Positions 45,748 through 53,718 of a DNA stretch of 64,000 bases are shown in pieces. Position 1 is the first letter of the stretch, and each line of letters begins with the position of its first letter. Location: assembly GCA_049609225.1 (NCBI GenBank), contig JBMYYH010000002.1, forward strand, positions 3,368-67,367. The letters run 5' to 3'. The notes below the pieces were generated by a model. It saw only the letters and a list, made by a program, of their open reading frames with translations, did no database searches and was not told the DNA's origin. A program made the position numbers and the translations under genes. The DNA comes from Planctomycetota bacterium. Its GTDB lineage: Bacteria > Planctomycetota > UBA1135.

Positions 45748-47388
45748 ATGAAACAGCTCCTCAAACCAATCCTTCTGGCCGTAAGTGCCATCTTCATAAC
45801 GAGTTCCGCCACTGCGCAGGACTACACCGCCATCAGTAAGAGCACCACCGGCCTGGTCGCCGATGACCACTGTGGAGAAGCGCGGATGTCTGGCGATGGC
45901 CGTTATGTGGCTTTCACAAGTAAGGCCTCAAATCTCACCGTGGCGGGATCCACGAACGGTTTTTACGACATTTACCTGCGCGACACCGTGCTCGAAACGA
46001 CCGAGCGCATCAGTCTCGCAATCGGCGGCGTCGAGCCCAATGGCGATAGTCGTTGGCCTGAAATCACCGAGAGTGGTAGCCACATCTTGTTCAGCAGCAC
46101 TGCAACCAATCTTGTTGGCGGCGATACCAACGGCTCTGGCGACCTCTTCCTCTACACCGTTGCCACCGGCGCAACCGAACGCGTCAACCTAACATATCTT
46201 GGGCTCGAAGCGGGCGCAGGCGTGCAGATGGATACCCGCCGTTACGACCTTTCCGATGACGGGCGTTTCATCGTCTTCACTTCGACCTCGGATGATTACG
46301 TGACAATCATGACGAGTAATGCCACACGCAACGTGTTCCTGCGCGATCGCCTTTCTGGAACCACCACCTTGGTGAGTTATGTCCTGGGAGATAGCGGCAG
46401 CGCTGGTGGTTATGCACCCACCATCGATGGTGACGGCAGCCACATCGCCTTCACCAGTGGTTATTACCTGATGGTCCCAGAAGACACCGATTCCAATGAC
46501 GACGTCTTCCTTTACACCGTCAGCACCGGGGTCGTCAGCTTGATTAGTGTGGCAGTGGGAGGCTCTTCCGGTAGTAGCCCCGGACATTCGAAGAACCCTC
46601 GCTTCAGCCCGGATGGACGATTCGTAGTCTTTGAAAGTACCAGTGCCGACCTGGCCATGGAAGACACCAATCCCTATAGCGACATCTTCCTGCGCGACCT
46701 GACTCTAAGTACGACGGAGATGATCAGCCTCAACAGCGCAGGCGCGGTGGGTCCTTATGAGACCGCACAGAACGCTGACCTTTCCGCCGACGGACGCTAC
46801 ATCGTGTTTAGCGGAACCAGTAAATCGCAAGCGCCAACCCCCATCCTTAGCCAAAACAGTTATCTGCGCGATCGCACTGCGGCTACGACCACTTTGATCA
46901 ATGCTCCACGCTGGTGGTTCGCCATCGTCATGCGAGGCGGCACCGCGCCGCAGATCACCGACGCCGGCGATGCCGTGATTATGCTGGATCCATCAGCCGG
47001 AACTTCTGAGGAAGGTTCCAGCATCTACGCCCAGGTGAACCATCGCAAAATCGAGGCGGGTGTTGGCACCATGTCGTGCCTCAGCGGCGGTAGCGGCTTG
47101 GTCGGTGGCACCATGTATGTCACGGGTTACGACGGCCCAGCCTCGGCACCGTTCTACATCGTCTACAGTCCCAATATGTCGGGTCTTAGTTACGCCGGTC
47201 ATAGCTTCGACGTTGGAGCACCAGCGACCATCCTCGGTTCCGGCACCACCGACGCCGATGGCAACCTCACTTGGACTTCACCAATTATCCCAGCGTCTGC
47301 ATCCGGCAAAGTGATCTACATCGAGATCGCCGCCACCGACGCCGGGATTTGGTACGACTCCAATCCAGTGCGTTTCGAGGTGCTCTAA
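45748..47388 (+). CDS. Secreted beta-propeller protein with PD40/TolB-like repeats and a C-terminal beta-rich module
   Basis: Signal peptide MKQLLKPILLAVSAIFITSSATAQ. Recurring S.DGR.V.FTS....L...DTN...D.FL.D units (MSGDGRYVAFTS, LSDDGRFIVFTS, FSPDGRFVVFES, LSADGRYIVFSG). Confidence 0.7.
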   Translation: MKQLLKPILLAVSAIFITSSATAQDYTAISKSTTGLVADDHCGEARMSGDGRYVAFTSKASNLTVAGSTNGFYDIYLRDTVLETTERISLAIGGVEPNGDSRWPEITESGSHILFSSTATNLVGGDTNGSGDLFLYTVATGATERVNLTYLGLEAGAGVQMDTRRYDLSDDGRFIVFTSTSDDYVTIMTSNATRNVFLRDRLSGTTTLVSYVLGDSGSAGGYAPTIDGDGSHIAFTSGYYLMVPEDTDSNDDVFLYTVSTGVVSLISVAVGGSSGSSPGHSKNPRFSPDGRFVVFESTSADLAMEDTNPYSDIFLRDLTLSTTEMISLNSAGAVGPYETAQNADLSADGRYIVFSGTSKSQAPTPILSQNSYLRDRTAATTTLINAPRWWFAIVMRGGTAPQITDAGDAVIMLDPSAGTSEEGSSIYAQVNHRKIEAGVGTMSCLSGGSGLVGGTMYVTGYDGPASAPFYIVYSPNMSGLSYAGHSFDVGAPATILGSGTTDADGNLTWTSPIIPASASGKVIYIEIAATDAGIWYDSNPVRFEVL

Positions 47389-47392
47389 AACC

Positions 47393-47980
47393 TCAGGATG
47401 ACGAAACCCGCAGAGCGGTGGATGCTCGTAACAGAGTGTCCACCAAATCCTGTAGGCGCAGGTCCAAGCCGTCGTCGACTAGGCCGCCATCTTCGCGGAA
47501 GGCCTGGAAGCCACTGCCGACGGCAAGGTCACCCGGGACCACGTGCACTCCGAGCCCCGAAAGGATGGCGCGCACATGAACTAAACCCCGCATGCCACCG
47601 AGTCCGCCTGGTGAAGTTGCCGCAAGTGCAGCAACTTTGCCTTGGTAAGCAATGAGTCCTTCCGCTACACCTTCTTGCGGACGCGAAACCCAATCGATGG
47701 TGTTCTTCAACAGCGGAGTAAGCGAACCGTTGTACTCAGGACTTGCGATAAAGAGGCCGTCCGCCGCGATCATTTTGCCACGTACGATACGCACGTTTTC
47801 AGGGAAGGCTTCGGCTTCGAGGTCACCGTCGTAGAGCGGCATGGGGAAGTCCGCTAAATCGAGGAGTTCCACTTCTGCTCCGAGTGCCGTGGCTTTTCTG
47901 GCCGCCGAGGACGCCAGCTTTTTGTTAATGGAATCACGGCGGCCGCTGCCGGCGAACATGAGAATACGAGGAGGCTTCAT
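47393..47980 (-). CDS. NADPH-dependent FMN reductase family protein
   Basis: ILMFAGSGRRDSINKKLA flavodoxin-like P-loop and IASPEYNGS. Confidence 0.8.
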   Translation of the reverse strand: MKPPRILMFAGSGRRDSINKKLASSAARKATALGAEVELLDLADFPMPLYDGDLEAEAFPENVRIVRGKMIAADGLFIASPEYNGSLTPLLKNTIDWVSRPQEGVAEGLIAYQGKVAALAATSPGGLGGMRGLVHVRAILSGLGVHVVPGDLAVGSGFQAFREDGGLVDDGLDLRLQDLVDTLLRASTALRVSSS

Positions 47981-48387
47981 GGCTTGACGATGTACTTTTG
48001 GACGTTGATGGCACCGCCGCCGATGAGGGCGAAGGCCATCAAGAACAAGGCGAGGCTGAGCGGGTACTCACGCTCGGTGAGTCCACTGTGTGCCATGAAT
48101 CCGCCGACGAGCAAGGTGAACGCCGCGGGGATCGCGGCAATCCTTACATAGACTCCGAGGAGCAGGGCAATGCCGCCGAAGAACTCAGCCGCGGCTGCAA
48201 GGAAGGCGCTGACGGAGGGCATGGGCACTCCCATGCTGCCGAGCCAGGCGCCGAACCCTTCTAGGCCTGGTCCGCCCCAGATGCCGAACAGCTTTTGGCC
48301 GCCGTGGTGGATGAGGATGAACGCCAAAGTGAAGCGCATCAGGAAGAGGCCGTAATCCAGGCGAGTGAAGTTCTTGGTGTTTGTCAT
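47977..48387 (-). CDS. DoxX-family membrane protein
   Basis: 136 aa, four TM. LFLMRFTLAFILIHHGGQKLFG is the DoxX pattern. Overlaps the reductase start by 4 nt. Confidence 0.75.
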   Translation of the reverse strand: MTNTKNFTRLDYGLFLMRFTLAFILIHHGGQKLFGIWGGPGLEGFGAWLGSMGVPMPSVSAFLAAAAEFFGGIALLLGVYVRIAAIPAAFTLLVGGFMAHSGLTEREYPLSLALFLMAFALIGGGAINVQKYIVKP

Positions 48388-48443
48388 GCCAGAAGTTTAG
48401 GCTGGAACAAAAGCACGACAATTCCCCAAAATGAGGTCAGATT

Positions 48444-48459
48444 GTCTCGATAATGAGAC
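48444..48459. promoter_or_regulatory. Palindrome GTCTC-N6-GAGAC, candidate LysR operator
   Basis: Perfect 5-6-5 dyad in the divergent DoxX / LysR spacer, just upstream of the preferred LysR start (ATG 48465). Function is inferred from position only. Confidence 0.3.
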
Positions 48460-48464
48460 GCGCT

Positions 48465-49361
48465 ATGGATCTGGAAGCCCTCAGCTACCTCGGACAAGTC
48501 CTGCACTCCGGCAGCTTCAGCGCTGCTGCGCGTCAGCTTGATATCCCGCGCCAACGCGTGCATCGGCGCATCGCCTCGCTGGAGCGAGACCTGGGAGTAC
48601 GCCTCCTCGATCGCACCACGCGTAGCCTTCGACCCACAGCGGCAGGGCGACGGATGCAAGCCCATGCCGTCCGCATCTTGGAAGAGGGGCGAGCGGCGCG
48701 TGCCTCGCTAAGGGGAGTCAAAGAACATCCATCCGGCACCCTCCGTGTGACGACCACGCCGATTTTTGGAGAGATGGTCCTGAGTCCCGTGATCCAAGAG
48801 TTCCTGCAAGCTTGGCCGGAGACGCGCATTGAAGCTCTATTCACGATGGAGCCGGAGCCATTATTGGAGCGTGATCTCGATCTTGCGATTCGTTTCGGCG
48901 CCTTGCAGGATTCGAGTTTGATCGCCAAACCTCTGGGTACGGCGCAACTGCGTTGGGTCGCAAGCCCGGCCTATCTTGCCGAACGCGGCATCCCGAAGGA
49001 CTTGGATGATTTGGCGAACCATGATGTTCTGACTTTCAACCGTCGGCCTGGGCATGAACCGGCTTGGTCTTGGTTGCCCAAAACCACCACCGCCGCCCTG
49101 CGTTCCCGCTTCAGTTGCACCTTGGAGACCGTCGTCCTGGAGACTTGTCTGCAGGGAGTCGGCGTAGCTTTGATGGCGAATGCACTCTCGCGACCTCATC
49201 TGGAGAAGGGGGATCTGGTCGAGGTCCTGCCTGATTTTCGATCCCCGGAAGGAGCCTTTCACGCGGTGTATTCCGGGCGCCTGAGCGGCAACCCCACCCT
49301 CAAGGCTTTCTTGGAGACTTTGGAGGCTCATTTGCGTATCTCGCCGTGGACTACGGATTAG
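48465..49361 (+). CDS. LysR-family transcriptional regulator
   Basis: MDLEALSYLGQVLHSGSFSAAARQLDIPRQRVHRRIASLERDLGVRLLDR is a canonical LTTR HTH. Divergent from the DoxX/reductase pair. The track start 48453 would add 4 residues. Confidence 0.85.
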   Translation: MDLEALSYLGQVLHSGSFSAAARQLDIPRQRVHRRIASLERDLGVRLLDRTTRSLRPTAAGRRMQAHAVRILEEGRAARASLRGVKEHPSGTLRVTTTPIFGEMVLSPVIQEFLQAWPETRIEALFTMEPEPLLERDLDLAIRFGALQDSSLIAKPLGTAQLRWVASPAYLAERGIPKDLDDLANHDVLTFNRRPGHEPAWSWLPKTTTAALRSRFSCTLETVVLETCLQGVGVALMANALSRPHLEKGDLVEVLPDFRSPEGAFHAVYSGRLSGNPTLKAFLETLEAHLRISPWTTD

Positions 49362-49416
49362 TCATAGCTTGGAATAAACCCACTCCGCTAGACTTCTAAC
49401 CACTGTCAGCTTCCCC

Positions 49417-50331
49417 ATGTACCGCCCCCTTCTAACGACTTTCGCCATGCTCCTGGTCGGAGTGGGCGCCTCTTCCAACGCCCATGCACAATCCGGTGGC
49501 GTTGAGACCCTCACGGGAGAGATGCTGTTCTCCGGTGGCAATCGCCTGACCATCAATCATCGCCACACGGAACGTAGTGGTCTGATGATGGGGTCCACCA
49601 GCATTGCCGATCCTGCCAACACCAGCATGACCGAGGACCGCACGACCCTGAGCTTCGATCACGGAATCTCACCGCGTCTCACGCTGACGGCATTGATGCC
49701 TTATGTGCAGAAGACGCGCGAGAGTAGCGGCACCACCTTGTCTTCGGATGGCATCGGCGACCTTGCGATCCTCGCCAAGTTCCTGCTCGGCCATGAGTAT
49801 TGGTCTCGTAGCGGTTGGCATTTGGCCATGGCCGCAGGTGTGGAAGCACCCACAGGCGAAACGGATGTCATGGATGGCGGAAGTCTCTTGAGCCCAGGCA
49901 TGCAGCCCGGTTCTGGTTCGTGGGATCCATTCGTTTCCTTCTCCGCGAACCTGGAGTTGGATCGTTGGCGCTTCGACTTGATCACTCTGTACAAGAACAA
50001 CCGCAAGGGCGATCAGCAATTCGAAGCCGGCGATCAACTTGCCGTCGACCTGGTGGGCGCTTATCGCTTCCAGCATGAGCAGTACCCTGGTCCAAGCGCC
50101 AACGTCAAGCTTGGTTTGCTTTACCGCGATCAAAGCCAAGCTTCCCAGTTTGATGCGCCGATCGCCAACTCCGGCTACGATCGATGGCTGGGCCGCGTGG
50201 CCTTGGCTTGGCATCCACAACCGCAATGGGATCTCTCCTTGAGTGTGGATGTCCCGCTTTCCGAATCCTACGATGGGATTCAACTCGCCTACGACTACTC
50301 GGTTTCCTTGACCGTGGGCATGCGCTTCTGA
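49417..50331 (+). CDS. Outer-membrane channel of the MetA-pathway/transporter-like beta-barrel family
   Basis: Signal peptide, GIGDLAILAKF and GSGSWD motifs, C-terminal ...LTVGMRF. Confidence 0.7.
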   Translation: MYRPLLTTFAMLLVGVGASSNAHAQSGGVETLTGEMLFSGGNRLTINHRHTERSGLMMGSTSIADPANTSMTEDRTTLSFDHGISPRLTLTALMPYVQKTRESSGTTLSSDGIGDLAILAKFLLGHEYWSRSGWHLAMAAGVEAPTGETDVMDGGSLLSPGMQPGSGSWDPFVSFSANLELDRWRFDLITLYKNNRKGDQQFEAGDQLAVDLVGAYRFQHEQYPGPSANVKLGLLYRDQSQASQFDAPIANSGYDRWLGRVALAWHPQPQWDLSLSVDVPLSESYDGIQLAYDYSVSLTVGMRF

Positions 50332-50341
50332 TTCGCAAAAC

Positions 50342-50470
50342 ATGCGTCGTCTTCTCTACCTTCTACCTCTACTGCTTGCCCTGTTCGCAGGTTCCTGCAG
50401 CATCGCTCCCGATACCGCCTGGGACGACGGCGACCCATTCGCCAAGGTCCGCCTCCTGTTCGATAGCTGA
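50342..50470 (+). CDS. 42-codon ORF encoding a lipoprotein-type signal peptide plus 23 residues (see findings)
   Basis: MRRLLYLLPLLLALFAGSCSIAPDTAWDDGDPFAKVRLLFDS, then TGA. It is below the size cutoff of the ORF track and in the same frame as 50501-50842. Confidence 0.4.
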   Translation: MRRLLYLLPLLLALFAGSCSIAPDTAWDDGDPFAKVRLLFDS

Positions 50471-50481
50471 ATATGAAACGA

Positions 50482-50509
50482 TAAGGCCTTCGGACTCGAA
50501 ATGGCCTTA
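50482..50509 (+). promoter_or_regulatory. 11-bp stem-loop 5 nt after the second in-frame TGA, containing the ATG of the next ORF
   Basis: TAAGGCC TTCG [GACT] CGAA (AT) GGCCTTA. The outer 7 bp plus inner 4 bp were verified base by base. The ATG at 50501-50503 lies in the bulge and 3-prime arm. Confidence 0.45.
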
Positions 50510-50842
50510 CGGCGCCAGGCTGGTGCCGACACTGTTTACCTCGACACGGTCGATAGCTACGCGCATTACGCGTTGCAGGATCCGCAGTCGATTGATTTCG
50601 CCGACATCGAAAAGGCTGCCTACGACGCAGCCTACGACATCACGGAGATTCGTCTGGATCTCAAGGGTGAAGTGGTGGAGCATGCTTGCGATTCCTGCAA
50701 TGGGGCGCAGCGTCAGTTCCTACGCATGTCTACGGGGCAGGAATTCGAATTGCGTGGCTCCACGACTGGAGTTGGAACGCAGTCCATCCGCGCAGTGGTC
50801 GTGGATTGGGCGGGGGAGCACCCCCGATTGAGCGTGCAGTAA
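50501..50842 (+). CDS. 113-aa protein without signal peptide, contains CDSC; possibly the body of a gene interrupted by two TGA codons
   Basis: Protein-like composition (Asp/Glu/Tyr/Lys-rich), unlike the Arg/Ser/Pro-rich overlapping ORF 50184-50831. CxxC at HACDSCNG. Confidence 0.55.
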   Translation: MALRRQAGADTVYLDTVDSYAHYALQDPQSIDFADIEKAAYDAAYDITEIRLDLKGEVVEHACDSCNGAQRQFLRMSTGQEFELRGSTTGVGTQSIRAVVVDWAGEHPRLSVQ

Positions 50843-50858
50843 GACTAAGCTGGGGGCG

Positions 50859-52403
50859 ATGAAGACCCCCAGCTTGCTTTGCCTCGCCGGGTTGTGCGTA
50901 TGGAGTTCCTGCGTACAACCTGAGCCGAAACCGGACTCCCTAGAGCCGCTTGATATCCCGTTCGCTCCCTTTGGGGATTACCCATGGATGCATCTGCGTT
51001 TTCATAATGAAGATGCAACGGCTTTCGATGAAAGTTGGGTTTTCGGCGAAGTCACCGGCGTCACTCCTGATCTCTACGACGTCCGCCTCGATCGCACCAC
51101 CTCGACTACCCCCGGTGGAAGCCTGCGCTTTGAGGGTGAACCCGATAGCGCTTACCACACGATGTGGCAGGAGCTCATACTCCCGGAGGAGGGAGCCGCC
51201 TACATGGTGGAGTTGCGCTGGGACCAACTGCTGGAAGACGATTCCGTCATGCCATTGGTTTGGGTACGACTCGATGGGGAGGAAGGCATGATCGGCATGA
51301 CCGACAGTCGATCCCTGGCCAAGACTACGGCCGGTGTCTGGGAGAGCTGCACCCTCCAGGTTGCGGTTCCCATCGAGGCGACCGTTGCGAATGTGGGAGT
51401 GGGCATGATGGGGCAGGGGGTTGTCCGATTCGACCACTTGCGGATGCGGAGTGGGTGGGTAGGCGAACCGGTGCCCGCCAGCGAGGAGGCGCGTGCTTAT
51501 GTGGATACCTTCCTCGAGATCGTCGAAGCCGAAGCCATGATGCGCGACAACGTCGATTGGGTGCAGATGCACAAGGACATGACTTCGCTGATCCAAAGGG
51601 CGGGCACGCCGGCGGATACGTATCCGGCGTTGCAGTTCTGTCTCGAGGCCTTAGGCGATCATCACAGTCGGCTGCTCACTCCGGCTTTTCAGGCCTCGCG
51701 CGGAGGTGGTGAGGAGAAGGAGAAGTCCGCGGAATCGGAACCACCCCAATACTTACTGCCGGTGCAGGAACGTCTTGATGGAGATCTCGGCTATCTCTGG
51801 TTGCCTGGGCATTTGACCTTCGGTGAGGAAGGCCCGCGCGTCTATGCCTCCACGCTTGCCCGCGCCTTGGAAGACCTGCAGGATTGCAAAGGCTTCGTCA
51901 TCGATCTGCGTCAAAACGGCGGCGGCAACATGTGGCCGATGCTTGCAGGACTTGGACCGTTGTTGGGTACGGAAGTCGTCGGCGGATTCCAATATCCAGA
52001 GGGCACTCAAGACACCTGGTGGTATCGCGATGGCGTTTCCGGTCAGGCGGATATCCCTTGCACCGAAGTCGTCCCGCCGCATGGTGCATCCTTTGCGCAA
52101 GACATCCCGATTGCCATCCTGACTTCCCGTAGGACCGGCAGTTCCGGCGAAGCCACCTTGGTCTCCTTCCTTGGACGCCCCAACGTCCGCACCTTCGGTC
52201 AAGCGACGACCGGCCTGTCGACGGGCAACTCCTCAATCCCGCTTTCCGATGGTGCGATGCTGCTGCTCACGACCAGTGTCTATGCGGATCGCAACGGCAA
52301 GCAGTACGGCGGAGTGATTGAACCGGATGTCGCGGTGCCGGCACATGTGGAGGGCGAAGAGGATGCCGCGCTTCAGCAAGCCGTCGACTGGCTCCTGCAA
52401 TAA
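50859..52403 (+). CDS. S41-family (tail-specific/C-terminal processing type) peptidase lipoprotein
   Basis: Lipobox-like CVWSSC. VIDLRQNGGGN and SRRTGSSGE (nucleophile Ser context) are typical of S41. Confidence 0.8.
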   Translation: MKTPSLLCLAGLCVWSSCVQPEPKPDSLEPLDIPFAPFGDYPWMHLRFHNEDATAFDESWVFGEVTGVTPDLYDVRLDRTTSTTPGGSLRFEGEPDSAYHTMWQELILPEEGAAYMVELRWDQLLEDDSVMPLVWVRLDGEEGMIGMTDSRSLAKTTAGVWESCTLQVAVPIEATVANVGVGMMGQGVVRFDHLRMRSGWVGEPVPASEEARAYVDTFLEIVEAEAMMRDNVDWVQMHKDMTSLIQRAGTPADTYPALQFCLEALGDHHSRLLTPAFQASRGGGEEKEKSAESEPPQYLLPVQERLDGDLGYLWLPGHLTFGEEGPRVYASTLARALEDLQDCKGFVIDLRQNGGGNMWPMLAGLGPLLGTEVVGGFQYPEGTQDTWWYRDGVSGQADIPCTEVVPPHGASFAQDIPIAILTSRRTGSSGEATLVSFLGRPNVRTFGQATTGLSTGNSSIPLSDGAMLLLTTSVYADRNGKQYGGVIEPDVAVPAHVEGEEDAALQQAVDWLLQ

Positions 52404-52448
52404 AGGCGAACCGCAGCGCCCCTGGTTGGAGCATCTGGATTCTCAGGA

Positions 52449-53699
52449 TTAGTTGCGGTTCTTCCCTTCGAGTTCCCGCAGTTCTGCAAGTGCATCCATC
52501 ACCAGCTGATCCTCTATGGAGGCGTGAATCACCTGCAGTTCCGATCCCTCCTTCACTTCGATGATGGGGCCCTGCGTTCCGGAGACTAGGTGAGACATCG
52601 TCGTGGAGAACCCAGCAGGCAAGCCCTCCTCGACCAATCCCAGAATGGCATGCAGACGGAATCGGCCAGGTTCTGATACATGATGCTCTAAGCCAGGAGA
52701 GCGGTAGGTCCTTTGTGCCAGGTAGCCAGGCAACCCCGGCCCGTCTTCCGGATCTTCGACCCTCACCAGCAGGGTGGTGATGAAGACCCCCTCGGGAAGC
52801 TCGCGCACCGCATCGATTTCGACGGCCACGGGGATGCCAGGCTCCAAGGTTATTTCCGCTTCCCGCTTCAACTCGTCAATCAAGATCGTTCGATAACCCT
52901 GCACCCACAAGGCAAGCTCGTGCGTGTCTTCTGGATAGGCCACCAACAAGGTGCGGCCAAAGTCAGCGCCCAGGATCGAACCATCTCGATCCACTACGGC
53001 AAATCCTCCATCTTCCTTTCCAATCCCCGAAGCAAGGGTGAAAGTCGTTTGCGCCAACTTCCCATGAAGATCGATGCTGCCAAGGTCGAGACGCCCGCCT
53101 TCTCCTTCCAATTGCAGTTCTTGCCTATGAAGAACGTTTCCTCCGTAGCCCAACCCAATACGAAGGGTGTAGTTTCCGCTGCCGATCCTTTGAAGCGACC
53201 AGGGTTTACCCTTATCCACGAAGTCGGTGCCATTGGAATCCATGGAGAAGCCCAAATCAGGGTCCCGCTTCAACTCGACCCAATATCGCTCCATGTCGAG
53301 ATCCTCTCCCCAGTCCACGGTGCCGGTCACTTCCCAGCCTTGCTCAAGGACCAACTCAATACCCGTCTGGCCGGGTTCGACTTCCAGGAAAGCCACGGCG
53401 TAATCCCGATGATCTGCCTTGAGAACCCAAGGGCCGGCTTCCCCTGGATCTGGAATGGAGAAGTTGCCATCGAAGCCAGCGAAGACGGAATCTTTGCTGC
53501 TGGGAAACGAATAGAAGAGTCGATCTTCATCGTTTGCCGGATCTGGGTTCAAACTCATGATTGCCCCGACGGCCGCTTTGCCAGCGGAATCAACCACTGT
53601 TCCCATGATTGGGCCTTCCTTGCCGGATCCGCCGGAACACGCGATAAGCGTCACCCCGATGCAGGTGGCCGCGGTTAAGTCATGCCATAAACGTGCCAT
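52449..53699 (-). CDS. Lipoprotein with beta-sandwich repeats, MxR(I/L)W family, 416 aa
   Basis: MARLWHDL...LIACSGG. IMGTVVDSAGKAAVGAIMSL carboxypeptidase-regulatory-like motif. LDLGSIDLHGKL motif shared with paralogues. The track start 53702 is TTG; ATG 53699 preferred. Confidence 0.65.
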   Translation of the reverse strand: MARLWHDLTAATCIGVTLIACSGGSGKEGPIMGTVVDSAGKAAVGAIMSLNPDPANDEDRLFYSFPSSKDSVFAGFDGNFSIPDPGEAGPWVLKADHRDYAVAFLEVEPGQTGIELVLEQGWEVTGTVDWGEDLDMERYWVELKRDPDLGFSMDSNGTDFVDKGKPWSLQRIGSGNYTLRIGLGYGGNVLHRQELQLEGEGGRLDLGSIDLHGKLAQTTFTLASGIGKEDGGFAVVDRDGSILGADFGRTLLVAYPEDTHELALWVQGYRTILIDELKREAEITLEPGIPVAVEIDAVRELPEGVFITTLLVRVEDPEDGPGLPGYLAQRTYRSPGLEHHVSEPGRFRLHAILGLVEEGLPAGFSTTMSHLVSGTQGPIIEVKEGSELQVIHASIEDQLVMDALAELRELEGKNRN

Positions 53700-53718
53700 C
53701 AACTTAGTGTACCTGAGA

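Noticed and set aside
50184-50831. 215-aa plus-strand ORF spanning the end of the OM channel gene and the TGA-split locus
   Set aside because: Its Arg/Ser/Pro/Thr-rich composition and its overlap with two better-supported frames argue against it.
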